Shown here: positions 27,458 to 36,964 of the stretch, piece after piece
Layout: each line of letters opens with the position of its first letter
Position numbering within the stretch: position 1 is the stretch's first letter
From: Dehalococcoidia bacterium
GTDB lineage: Bacteria > Chloroflexota > Dehalococcoidia > Plut-88900
Assembly (NCBI GenBank): GCA_965249275.1
Contig: CBDFLQ010000006.1
Location: 832,001-896,000, forward strand
Direction of reading: 5' to 3'
DNA length: 64,000 nt
Notes under the pieces: generated by a model
The model's input: the letters and a program-made list of their open reading frames with translations, nothing else
The model's database searches: none
Told to the model about the DNA's origin: nothing
Translations under genes and position numbers: made by a program

Positions 27458-30389
27458 GTTGAGGCAACGCAGGCTCCCAGCCCACCCCTCCCAGATCATC
27501 GACCGCTCGCGCTCCATCTATTTCAACTACGAAGGCAAGCGGATACTCGCCTATCCCGGTGACACCGTTGCCTCGGCGCTCTACGCGTCCGGCATAGATA
27601 TCTTCAGCCGCAGCTTCAAATACCACCGGCCCAGGGGACTACTCTGCGTGTCGGGCCGATGCCCGAACTGCATGATGAACGTGGACGGCGCTCCTAACAT
27701 CCGCGCCTGCGCTTGTGCCGCAGCCGACGGCATGGATGTAGCGGGGCAGAACGCCTGGCCTTCCGTCGAGAACGACGCCCTTTCCGCCTTGCAGTACTTC
27801 GACAGGTTTATGCCAGTCGGTTTCTACTACAAGACCCTGATTCGACCCAAAGCCGCATGGCATCTCGCAGAGCCGGTGATCAGGCGCGTAGCCGGGCTCG
27901 GGACCGTGGACACAAGCCGTATACCGGACACCGAGTATGAGCACGTCAACGCCTATACCGACGTTGCGGTGATAGGTGGAGGGCCCGCCGGATTGAGCGC
28001 GGCTCTTGCCGCCGCGGAAGCCGGAGCCCGGGTCACGCTGGTCGATGATCAGCCGTCCCTCGGGGGGCACCTGCGTTACAACATCCTGCCCTCTCCCCAG
28101 ATGGGAGAAGGCCAGGGTGATTCTCCTGTCCTCGGTTATGAACTCGCCAGACGCCTCGCCGAATCCGTCCACGCATCTACCCGAATCCAAGTCCTATCCG
28201 ACGCCTCCGCAATGGCCGTCTACCAAGGCAACATGGTCACGGTCCATCAGCGCGAGCGCATAGTAAAGCTGAGAGCGGGCCAGGTGGTAGTAGCTGCCGG
28301 GGCCCAGGAATCGCCTGCCGTCTTCCCCAACAACGATCTTCCCGGAATTATGCTAAGCAGCGGCGCACTGCGTCTGGCCAATCTGTACGGCGTGAGCCCC
28401 GGGGCCCGGGGTGTGATCGTCACGGACAGCGACGAAGGTCTAAGAGTTGCCGTTCAATTGACGGACGCGGGCGTAAATGTAAGCGCCGTCGTCGATTACC
28501 GGCCCCGCCGCGATACACCCCTAGCGAGGGACCTCCGGAAGCGAGGTGTCGGTCTGCTCAACGGATGGAAAGTGGTAAAGGCGGAGGGCGTAAGAAAGAT
28601 AGAGGCAGTGCTTCTGGAAAGCAACGCTGGGGGCGGCGAACATCGTCTTGAGTGCGGTTTCCTCTGCCTGGCTCCCAACCCCGACCCCGTCACCGCTCTC
28701 CTTTCTCACGCCGACGCCAAACTCACCTACGACGAGGCCCTCGGCGCGTCCGTTCCTGCGCATCTGCCTGACTCCATATATTCCGCCGGTGACGTAACAG
28801 GCATCCATGACGCCGAAATCAATATGCTGCAGGGTCGGGTTACAGGACTCGAGACTGCGTCGGCATCCGGTGCAGGCGACACAGACTCGGAGGCTCTTTC
28901 GAGCCTAAAGGCCGACCTTGATCGCCGCGAAAAGGCCTATCGGGACGAGCTATCATCCGCCTCACCCCGCATCACGGGAGAAGTCTCCGGCAAGAAGTCT
29001 GCCCGAGCCAAGAAATTTGTTTGCATATGTGAAGACGTGACGGAGAAGGACGTTCGGCAAGCCATAGACGAGGGCTTCGCCGACGTCCAGTCGCTCAAGC
29101 GCTACAGCACCGTGTCGATGGGGCCCTGCCAGGGGAAGATGTGCCACAAGAGCTACACCAAGGTCATCTCCCAAGCCACGGGGCGCACCCTCGACGCCGT
29201 AGGTGGGACGACCTCTCGGCCTCCCTTCCGACCCACACCCCTCGGCGCAATAGCCGGGCCGGGGCACATGCCCTTCAGGATGACCCCCATCCACTACGCT
29301 CACGTCAGGGCCGGTGGAAAGATCGCCGAGGTCGGGCAGTGGAAGAGACCCCACTCCTACGGTGATCCCGCCGAAGAGATAGAGGCTGTTAGGAACCGCG
29401 TCGGCATCATCGACGTTAGCACCCTTGGCAAGCTGGACGTAGTCGGCAAGGACGCACCGGCACTACTCGACCGTATCTACACTCACTATTTCTCCAACCT
29501 GAGGGTCGGGCGGATCCGGTATGGAATTATCTGCTCAGACAGCGGAATCATAATGGACGACGGCACCGTCACGCGGCTCTCCGACGACCACTATTACGTC
29601 ACCACCGGCACAGGCAACATCGACCTTATCGAGGAGTGGTTCAGGTGGTGGCTGGTGGGCACGGATATGTGTGCCCACGTCGCCAACGTGACCCCGGGAT
29701 TTGCCGCAGTGAACGTCGCCGGGCCCCGGGCCCGAGACACCCTGCAAAAGCTCACCGATGTTGATCTGTCCAAGGACAAGTTTCGATACATGCGCAGCGC
29801 CAGGGGCCAGGTGGCCGGGGTGCCGTCCCTTCTCCTTCGCGTCGGGTTCGTCGGGGAGGCGGGTTGGGAGCTTCACTTCCCCGCCGAGGCCGGTGAGCAC
29901 GTCTGGGAAGCGCTGCTGGAAGCCGGGGAGGAGTTCGGCATCTTGCCCTTCGGGGTCGAGGCCCAGCGCGTCCTCCGGCTGGAGAAGAAACACCTGATAC
30001 CCGGTCAGGACACCGACGTCATGTCCAACCCGCTTGAAGCCGACATGGCGTGGGCCGTCAAGTTCGAAAAGGAAGATTTCATAGGCCGCGAGGCTCTCAA
30101 GCAGGTCTCCGAACGCGGTTACCGCAACCGGATGGTCGGGTTCGTAATGGAAAACGGAGCGGTGGCCGAAGACGGGAGCCCCGTCCTCGAGCACGGGTGG
30201 CCTGTGGGCAAGGTAACAAGCTCCCGGTTCAGCCCGTCCATCGGCAAGGGATTCGGGCTGGCTTGGGTCCCCGACCGACTCGCCGCGGAGGGTCAGCGAA
30301 TCGAGATTCGGGTGCCGGGCGGAGTCGCCTACGCCCGGGTCCGCCATGCCCCCGTCTACGATCCCGAAGGCGTACACCTGAGGGAGTAA
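27447..30389 (+). CDS. mgdC: Sarcosine oxidase alpha-like subunit (N-methylglutamate dehydrogenase MgdC)
   Basis: SRSFKYHRPRG, GGGPAG, CICEDVT, GPCQGK, DVSTLGK, GcvT-like folate-binding C-terminus. Confidence 0.88.
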   Translation: MRAELRQRRLPAHPSQIIDRSRSIYFNYEGKRILAYPGDTVASALYASGIDIFSRSFKYHRPRGLLCVSGRCPNCMMNVDGAPNIRACACAAADGMDVAGQNAWPSVENDALSALQYFDRFMPVGFYYKTLIRPKAAWHLAEPVIRRVAGLGTVDTSRIPDTEYEHVNAYTDVAVIGGGPAGLSAALAAAEAGARVTLVDDQPSLGGHLRYNILPSPQMGEGQGDSPVLGYELARRLAESVHASTRIQVLSDASAMAVYQGNMVTVHQRERIVKLRAGQVVVAAGAQESPAVFPNNDLPGIMLSSGALRLANLYGVSPGARGVIVTDSDEGLRVAVQLTDAGVNVSAVVDYRPRRDTPLARDLRKRGVGLLNGWKVVKAEGVRKIEAVLLESNAGGGEHRLECGFLCLAPNPDPVTALLSHADAKLTYDEALGASVPAHLPDSIYSAGDVTGIHDAEINMLQGRVTGLETASASGAGDTDSEALSSLKADLDRREKAYRDELSSASPRITGEVSGKKSARAKKFVCICEDVTEKDVRQAIDEGFADVQSLKRYSTVSMGPCQGKMCHKSYTKVISQATGRTLDAVGGTTSRPPFRPTPLGAIAGPGHMPFRMTPIHYAHVRAGGKIAEVGQWKRPHSYGDPAEEIEAVRNRVGIIDVSTLGKLDVVGKDAPALLDRIYTHYFSNLRVGRIRYGIICSDSGIIMDDGTVTRLSDDHYYVTTGTGNIDLIEEWFRWWLVGTDMCAHVANVTPGFAAVNVAGPRARDTLQKLTDVDLSKDKFRYMRSARGQVAGVPSLLLRVGFVGEAGWELHFPAEAGEHVWEALLEAGEEFGILPFGVEAQRVLRLEKKHLIPGQDTDVMSNPLEADMAWAVKFEKEDFIGREALKQVSERGYRNRMVGFVMENGAVAEDGSPVLEHGWPVGKVTSSRFSPSIGKGFGLAWVPDRLAAEGQRIEIRVPGGVAYARVRHAPVYDPEGVHLRE

Positions 30390-30399
30390 GGCGACTTTT

Positions 30400-31143
30400 A
30401 TGGATTTAACCACGGCAGCGCTCGCCAAGCTCACCGCGATGCACGGGGCCCATCAACAGTTGGGCGCCGAGTTCCTCTACAGGGACGGCTGGAAGCTGCC
30501 CTCTCACTACTCCTCCAGCGACGAAGAGGTGTCCCGGGCCATCAACGGCGGCGGCATCTTCGATATCAGCCCGATAGGCAAACTATCATTCCAAGGCGCA
30601 GACGTGCTGGCCGAGTTGCCCCGCGCCCTCGCCTTCCCGGAGTCCCTCACCGTTGGCAGAGCCATAAGATGTCCGAGCCCAACGGCCAGCGAGGACAGCC
30701 GGGAGTCGGTCACCGTAGCGGCACTCACCTACGACGAGGCCCTGGTGCTCACGTCTCCCGGGTCACGGGACTCCATCGGCGAGGCCCTCGAAGAGGCGCT
30801 TGCAGGATGCGCCCACATGATCGACCTGACCTCTGCGTGGGCGGGGATCGGGGTCATGGGGCCTCGCAGCCGGGACGCCCTTGCAAAGCTCGTCGAGCTG
30901 GACCTGGACCCCGACAGGTTCCTCGATGGCGCATGCGCGCAAGCCAAGACAGCCGAGGTCCACTCTCTCCTTGTTCGCGGAGACGTCTCGGGGCACTACG
31001 CCTGCCAAATGTACGTTACCCGTGACTACGGAGAATACGTGTGGGACGCCCTTGTTCACGCGAGTAAGGGAGTCGGCGTGTCACCCATCGGAATCGAGGC
31101 CTTTGAGCAGATTTCCTCGGACAACCCAGGAATACCCTGGTAA
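30400..31143 (+). CDS. mgdD: Sarcosine oxidase gamma/GcvT-like subunit (MgdD)
   Basis: DISPIGK, DLTSAW...GPRSRDALAK, YVTRDYGEYVWDAL. Confidence 0.8.
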   Translation: MDLTTAALAKLTAMHGAHQQLGAEFLYRDGWKLPSHYSSSDEEVSRAINGGGIFDISPIGKLSFQGADVLAELPRALAFPESLTVGRAIRCPSPTASEDSRESVTVAALTYDEALVLTSPGSRDSIGEALEEALAGCAHMIDLTSAWAGIGVMGPRSRDALAKLVELDLDPDRFLDGACAQAKTAEVHSLLVRGDVSGHYACQMYVTRDYGEYVWDALVHASKGVGVSPIGIEAFEQISSDNPGIPW

Positions 31144-31156
31144 CGGAATTGAGAAT

Positions 31157-32350
31157 ATGGACCCACTGAAATTTTTACAGGAAAATCCGACACCCTCAGA
31201 GATCCCCTTCCCCGAGGCCGAGTTCCAGGGCCGCATTGCCAAGGTGCGCGCCCTGATGGCCGACGCGGGAATCGAGGCGCTCCTCGTCACCCATCTGCCC
31301 AACCTCTACTATCTCACGGGTTATAACACCATCATCCCCAACCGCTACGCCTGTCTCATCCTCCCAATAGAGGGCTCGCCGACGATTCACATTGCGGACG
31401 TAGAGCTTGGCGCAGTGTTCGCCACCGGCTGGATCCGAGACGTCGAACTCTATCACTATTACGACGCCGCCCGAGCCATGGACCTCCTCAGCGGCATTCT
31501 GAAGGACAAGGGCCTTGATTCTAAGGCCATCGGCGTCGAGACTGGGGTGTCGGGGCTGCACGTCAACCAGCACCGACGCCTCACCGAGACACTTCCCAAC
31601 GCCTCATTCATCGACGCCTCCCGGCTCGTCTACGAGGTCCGCAAGACAAAGTCTGCGGCGGAGATAGAGTACATGCGGGAGGCTGGGCGGCTCACCGTCC
31701 TGGGCGTCGAAGCTGCGATGGCCGAGATCGCCCCCGGCAAAACGGACAACGACCTCTCCGCCGCCTGCCACGAGGCCATGATCCGCGCCGGAAGCGAGTA
31801 TTTCACCAAGTGGCAGAACATCATGACCGGCCACCGCACCGGCTTTCACCACTCCTTCCATGCCCGGTTCCCCATTGCGCCCGGAGACCTGGTCTACATG
31901 GAGCTCGGAGCGTCCTACAAACGCTATGACACTCTGATGATGCGCACCGCATCGCTCGGACCGCCGGACGACCTGACCCTAAGAATGACCGACGCCATGC
32001 TCCGCACATTCGACGTGCTGACCTCCAACATAAGGCCGGGCCGCACCTGCCACGACGTTGCAATGGAGGCGAAGAAGGCTGTCGGCTCCGTCGCCGAGGA
32101 GGCCTTTTTCATAGAGAACTTCGGCTATTCCGTGGGCATAGGCGTACCTTCAATCTGGGGAGAGGACCTGATCTTCATCGCCGAGGGTGTGGACGAGCCC
32201 CTCCTGCCGGGCATGACCTTCCACACACCCCTCACGATCCATGTGCCGGGGAAGCGGGGAGTCGGCTTCAGCGAAACCGTCCTGGTCACCGAGACCGGTT
32301 GGGAGTCACTGACTGCCCAGGAAAGGTCTCTTCTGGTGGTTCCCCTCTGA
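31157..32350 (+). CDS. M24 pita-bread hydrolase, ectoine hydrolase (DoeA)/creatinase-like
   Basis: PFPEAEFQGRI, NLYYLTGY, KSAAEIEYMREAG, GYSVGIG, PGMTFH, GFSETVLVT; ATG at 31157. Confidence 0.85.
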   Translation: MDPLKFLQENPTPSEIPFPEAEFQGRIAKVRALMADAGIEALLVTHLPNLYYLTGYNTIIPNRYACLILPIEGSPTIHIADVELGAVFATGWIRDVELYHYYDAARAMDLLSGILKDKGLDSKAIGVETGVSGLHVNQHRRLTETLPNASFIDASRLVYEVRKTKSAAEIEYMREAGRLTVLGVEAAMAEIAPGKTDNDLSAACHEAMIRAGSEYFTKWQNIMTGHRTGFHHSFHARFPIAPGDLVYMELGASYKRYDTLMMRTASLGPPDDLTLRMTDAMLRTFDVLTSNIRPGRTCHDVAMEAKKAVGSVAEEAFFIENFGYSVGIGVPSIWGEDLIFIAEGVDEPLLPGMTFHTPLTIHVPGKRGVGFSETVLVTETGWESLTAQERSLLVVPL

Positions 32351-33567
32351 TGTTTCAGCTATTCAAAAAGGAGCGGATGTGGCGGGACCCGCCCCTCAAG
32401 CCCCGGTACGACATTGTCATAGCCGGGGCCGGGGTGCACGGCCTTGCCATCGCCTACTACCTCGGGCAGCGGGGTATTACAAACGTCGCCGTCCTGGACA
32501 AAGGGTATCTGGGGGGCGGGGCCAGCGCCCGGTCCACGGCCATCATCAGGGCCAACTACGTGACCCCGGAGGGCATCCCATTCTTCTATGAAAGCGTCAA
32601 GCTCTACGAAGACCTCTCGCAGGACCTAGGCTACAATCTGCTGTTCAGCCAGACTGGTCGACTTGAGCTCGCCCACACCGAGTCCTCCGTCTACGCTCTC
32701 CGAACTCGCGCCGAGGCCAACGCCGCCCTGGGTGTCGACAGCAAGATTATCGGCACCGACGATATACGCGAGCTCGTGCCCGTTCTCGACATGCGCGAGG
32801 GCAACGACCTCCCAGTCCTCGCCGGCCTCTACCATCCGCCCGCCGGAGTCATCCGCCACGACGCGGTAATCTGGGCCTACGCCCGCGCCGCCGACCGCAG
32901 AGGCGCAGAGATTCACCCCTTCACCGAGATCACCGCCATCAACCAGAGCAATGGACGGGTCACGGGTGTCGAGACCAGCCGCGGGCCCATTCAAGCCGAC
33001 CTGGTCATCAACTGCACCGCCGGGTGGAGTTCCACCATCGCAGCGATGGTCGGGCTTGACCTGCCGATGATTACTCACCCCCTGCAGGCCATGGTCACCG
33101 AGCCCCTGAAGCCCATACTCAAGCTCGGGGTCTCCTCCACCAACTTCCACGTCTACGTCTACCAGACCGACCGCGGGGAGCTCGTCATGGGCGGCGCCGT
33201 CGACCATTACACCAGCTACTCTCAGAAGTCGACCTTCCCGATGATGGAGGAGCTATCTGCCGGGGCACTCAGGATGTTCCCCTTCCTCAAAGACGTGAAC
33301 ATCCTCCGGCAGTGGACCGGCATATGCGACATGACCCCCGACTACGCGCCGATCATGGGTCCGGTCTCGGGGCTGGATGGATTCCTGCTCGACTGCGGCT
33401 GGGGCACCTACGGTTTCAAGGCCGCCCCCATTTCCGGGAAGATGATGGCGGAGCTTATCGACACCGGCCAGACCCCCGACCTGATAAAGCCCTTCTCGTT
33501 AGACCGCTTCAAGGACGGCAGGTTGGTGAATGAGAAGGGTGCGGCTTCGTCGGCGGCGCTGCATTGA
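32350..33567 (+). CDS. mgdA: Sarcosine oxidase beta-like subunit (N-methylglutamate dehydrogenase MgdA)
   Basis: GAGVHGLAIAYYL, RSTAIIRANY, RHDAVIWAYA, HPLQAMVTEP, GWGTYGFKAAP; TGATG overlap with the upstream gene. Confidence 0.88.
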   Translation: MFQLFKKERMWRDPPLKPRYDIVIAGAGVHGLAIAYYLGQRGITNVAVLDKGYLGGGASARSTAIIRANYVTPEGIPFFYESVKLYEDLSQDLGYNLLFSQTGRLELAHTESSVYALRTRAEANAALGVDSKIIGTDDIRELVPVLDMREGNDLPVLAGLYHPPAGVIRHDAVIWAYARAADRRGAEIHPFTEITAINQSNGRVTGVETSRGPIQADLVINCTAGWSSTIAAMVGLDLPMITHPLQAMVTEPLKPILKLGVSSTNFHVYVYQTDRGELVMGGAVDHYTSYSQKSTFPMMEELSAGALRMFPFLKDVNILRQWTGICDMTPDYAPIMGPVSGLDGFLLDCGWGTYGFKAAPISGKMMAELIDTGQTPDLIKPFSLDRFKDGRLVNEKGAASSAALH

Positions 33568-33796
33568 CAGCCAGTACTCAACGTCGATCTCAGGCATGCA
33601 CACCCGGCGGTTCCCTGTAACTTAGTTAGGGGCGGGTTACCGATGCATCGAGTCAATAGCCTACTAGGAATGCCTCCATCCTCTTAGACAGGACGTCCAG
33701 GTTGGCTCCCAGCCACACTTCGTCAACAATTACTCCTCTTTCAAGAGCCATCGGGGAAGTAGGTAAAGCAGTGATAATATTTGGGGGAACCCTTCC

Positions 33797-35452
33797 GAGC
33801 CTGTCTCAAAAGGGAGTGGAGGTTTATGCATGAGGGTAAACTAGGAGGGGAGAAGCTCTGAGTGGAGGTTATGGAGATGCCACTGAGACCGATGGGACGA
33901 GAGCAGGTGTGGATGCTGCCACCGACCCTGGATGAGATGGTGCCGGAAGATCATCCTGTGCGGTTCGTGGCGGAGTTCGTCGATGCACTGGGACGGGAGG
34001 ACTGGGCAGAGATGGGAGTAGACATTGACGGAAGCTGGACGGGAGCGCCGGCGTACCATCCCAGGGCAATGTTGGGGGTGTGGCTGTACGGATTCATGAC
34101 GGGGGTAAGGTCGAGCCGCAAGCTGGAGGGGGCCTGCCGTGACCAGATACCGTATCTATGGTTGACGGGATGGCAGCGTCCAGATCACAACACGCTGTGG
34201 AGGTTTTACAAGAGCAATCGCCAGTCGATGCGTAAACTGCTGAAGCGCACAGTGCAAACGGCGCTCGGGATGGACCTTATCGACCTGACGCTGCAGGCAG
34301 TGGACGGCACGAAGGTGGGTGCGAATGCGACGGGAGACAGGAGCCTGGATGGAGAAGGATTGGAGCGTCTGCTGAGGCGTGTGGAGCAGTCGCTGAAGGA
34401 ACTGGAGGCTGAGAACGAGACGGGGGAGGATGCCGCACCCGTCCATCTGCCTGATGAGTTGACCGAGAAGACGGCGCTGAGAGAGAAGGTGCGCCGAGCT
34501 ATGGACGAACTCTCGGAGCGCAGTGAGATCAAACAGATAAACCTCACGGATAAAGACGCACGTCTGATGAGGACTCGCCGGGGGATAGCGCCCTGCTACA
34601 ACGCACAGGCGATGGTATCGCCGACGAAGACCGACACAGGCGGGAAGGGCATGTTGATCACTGCAGTAGAGGTAGCCGATGATCCCGACGACCATTCCCA
34701 ACTCGTTCCAATGCTTCAGAGGGCGGAGGAGACCACCGGCCTCAGGTCTGAGACGACGCTGGCCGATGCGGGCTATCACTCAGGGAGCAATCTGCAGCAG
34801 TGTGGGCGCAGAGAGCAGAAAGTTGTGATGCCTGAGGCACAGCGTCGGGCACTGGGCCGCCCCTATCACAAGGACCGATTCGCCTACGATGAGGATACCG
34901 ACAGCTACATCTGTCCGCAAGGACAACGACTACGCTTCACCCGAATCAAGCGCACCCGTGGGATGCCGATGAGGCTCTACCGGGCCTCGGGGGCCATCTG
35001 CCGAGGGTGCCCGGTCTTCGGGGTGTGTACGAGGGACGGCCGACATGGGCGAGGGCTTGAGATAGGGCCCCACGACACAGCCTTGCGTCGTCATCGGTCC
35101 TGGATGGGCAGCGATGAAGCCAGAGAGTTGTACCGTCGCAGGAAGGGGCTGGTAGAGCCGGTGTTCGGGATCATCAAAGAGCAACAGGCGGCGCGTAGGT
35201 TCCTGCTGCGGGGCCTCAACAACGTGGCCGCCGAGTGGGGCCTGTTGGCCTCGGCCTTCAATCTGCGCACCCTGTGGCGGGTATGGCACGGCCGGACAAC
35301 CCGCATATGGGGCCGCAATCTCATCCCATCGCTGGTGCGCAACTCAATCATCGGCCACCCGGCATGAGTCGTCGTGACCGATCATTGCTCAAATGACACC
35401 CCATCTAGCCCTTCACTCTTGCCACACCCCACCCCACTTGTGAGACAGGCTC
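33797..35452 (+). mobile_element. IS1182-family insertion sequence
   Basis: Terminal IRs GAGCCTGTCTCA / TGAGACAGGCTC; 4-bp duplication TTCC on both flanks. Confidence 0.92.
33862..35367 (+). CDS. IS1182-family transposase
   Basis: LPPTLDE...DHPVR, SSRKLE, PDHNTL, VDGTKV, YNAQ, ADAGY, VEPVFG, RRFLLRG. Confidence 0.95.
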   Translation: MEVMEMPLRPMGREQVWMLPPTLDEMVPEDHPVRFVAEFVDALGREDWAEMGVDIDGSWTGAPAYHPRAMLGVWLYGFMTGVRSSRKLEGACRDQIPYLWLTGWQRPDHNTLWRFYKSNRQSMRKLLKRTVQTALGMDLIDLTLQAVDGTKVGANATGDRSLDGEGLERLLRRVEQSLKELEAENETGEDAAPVHLPDELTEKTALREKVRRAMDELSERSEIKQINLTDKDARLMRTRRGIAPCYNAQAMVSPTKTDTGGKGMLITAVEVADDPDDHSQLVPMLQRAEETTGLRSETTLADAGYHSGSNLQQCGRREQKVVMPEAQRRALGRPYHKDRFAYDEDTDSYICPQGQRLRFTRIKRTRGMPMRLYRASGAICRGCPVFGVCTRDGRHGRGLEIGPHDTALRRHRSWMGSDEARELYRRRKGLVEPVFGIIKEQQAARRFLLRGLNNVAAEWGLLASAFNLRTLWRVWHGRTTRIWGRNLIPSLVRNSIIGHPA

Positions 35453-36964
35453 TTCCGGGTGTCAACGGCAGGGCGTGAGTGTTCAATGGCCCGTAGGTGA
35501 TGTAGTTTGAAATCTCTACGTTAATCTCAGGGTACCCTGTCCAAGCAATGAACAGCTCAGCCAATGTCTTGTTGGGGGAACCCTTCGGGATGTAGAACAC
35601 GTCGGTCTGGGTCAGGTGTCCACACTCGTAGCAATAGTGGATGTTGTCTCCACCGTATTCGTTCTGGGCGTTCCAAATTCGCCCGTTCCAAGCTGTGCAC
35701 ATGTCTGCTTCATCGATCCGCAAAGCCCTCGGACAGTCGGTTCCTGAATTCCACCAAGACTGGATGTGAGGTCTTAGCTCTTCCAGCATTGCAAAGGACT
35801 GGTCGACCTGCTCGGGGGTCAGTCTGGCTATCGCGTTCCGGCCTTCGACGGTATCCAGAACCTCCGGCGTACGAGCGAAGTGGGCAAAGAAGATGTTCTC
35901 GTTCACTCTTCTACCCATCCACCTGGTGCCCGGGAAGGCATCGACGTCCCAAAAGGCAGTCCAGTCGTTCGGCTTTTTGCCACCCCAAAGAGTGTTGATC
36001 TTGTCCTTCTGATAGGCGAGACCGGTGGACCAGACCACCCCTCCTCCACCACTCCACGGCGTTATAGCTACTTCAGGATAACCGGACAAGTATCCGTTGT
36101 GGATCGCCGGTGTCAGCCTTTCCAGTTCCCCCCAAGACCCGAGTTGTTGTACCGCCCTAACGCCTGAATCCACCACGTCCCAGGTCACGTTCCCGGTTTC
36201 CACCATGGAACGGATCTTGGCATACTCCACCGGGCTGTCTTCAACCAGTTGGATTCCAAACCTTTCCTGGAAGGGCAGAAAGTAGGCCTGCCGCTGGGCG
36301 GCCTGGTAGGCCCCGCCCCAGGAAGTTACACTCAGACTTTGGCCTCGGTAGTTGCCTAGTTCAGCCTCAATTTCCTCGAAGGTGGCGGGGTTGTCCGCCG
36401 TCCACTGGCTGATAGGTCGACGCGTGCCAGGGGCTGGGGGAGTTGGAGAGGGAAAGGGGATAGGAGTCGGAGGGGGCAGGGAGGTCGCTGTGGGGAGGGG
36501 AGTATCGGGGGGCAGAGGAGTCGTAATCGGCAGGGAAATCGCGGTGGGGAGGGGAGTCGCAGGGGGCACGGGCATGGGAGTCGGGGCGGGCTGAGGCGTT
36601 ATAGTCGCCTGTATCCCGGGTTGGATAGTGGCGTCGATGACAGGGGTGGGGGTCTGGGGCGCAGTCCACAGCGCCTCCGCTACGGCTGTCTGCACTGCAG
36701 CGTTGACGTCCTGGGTGGGAACGGGAGTTTCCATGAGAGGGACACACGCCGCGAGTACGATGCCTATAACCATGGGGCCTAGAAACAACCTAACCTTCTT
36801 CAAGACCACGGGGCCTCCTCACCACGAAATACGATAAATGCCAGAAAGAGAACTTTGACTCGGGAATTCGGCTCGCCGCTTAAGGACCGCCGGATTGCCG
36901 GATAGCCCTTGGTAACATATTCTGTGCAGAGTATAACAACAAGACTTACCCAGGAGGCCCGACC

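Larger units (their letters stand above)
33653..36809 (-). pseudogene. PotD/PotF-like ABC substrate-binding lipoprotein interrupted by IS1182
   Basis: LAAC lipobox, Pro/Thr linker, SWGGAYQAAQ, WDVVD, AWNGRI; frame resumes beyond the IS at 33796..33653 (RVPPNIITALPTSP...EVWLGANLDVLSKRMEAFLVGY*). Confidence 0.88.

Noticed and set aside
35382-35452. C-terminal tail ACLTSGVGCGK... of the binding-protein ORF
   Set aside because: Read-through into the IS1182 end; the true tail is at 33653..33796
36420-36730. G-rich repetitive tract as a non-coding repeat or G-quadruplex element
   Set aside because: Explained by the Pro/Thr-rich linker codons of the lipoprotein on the minus strand
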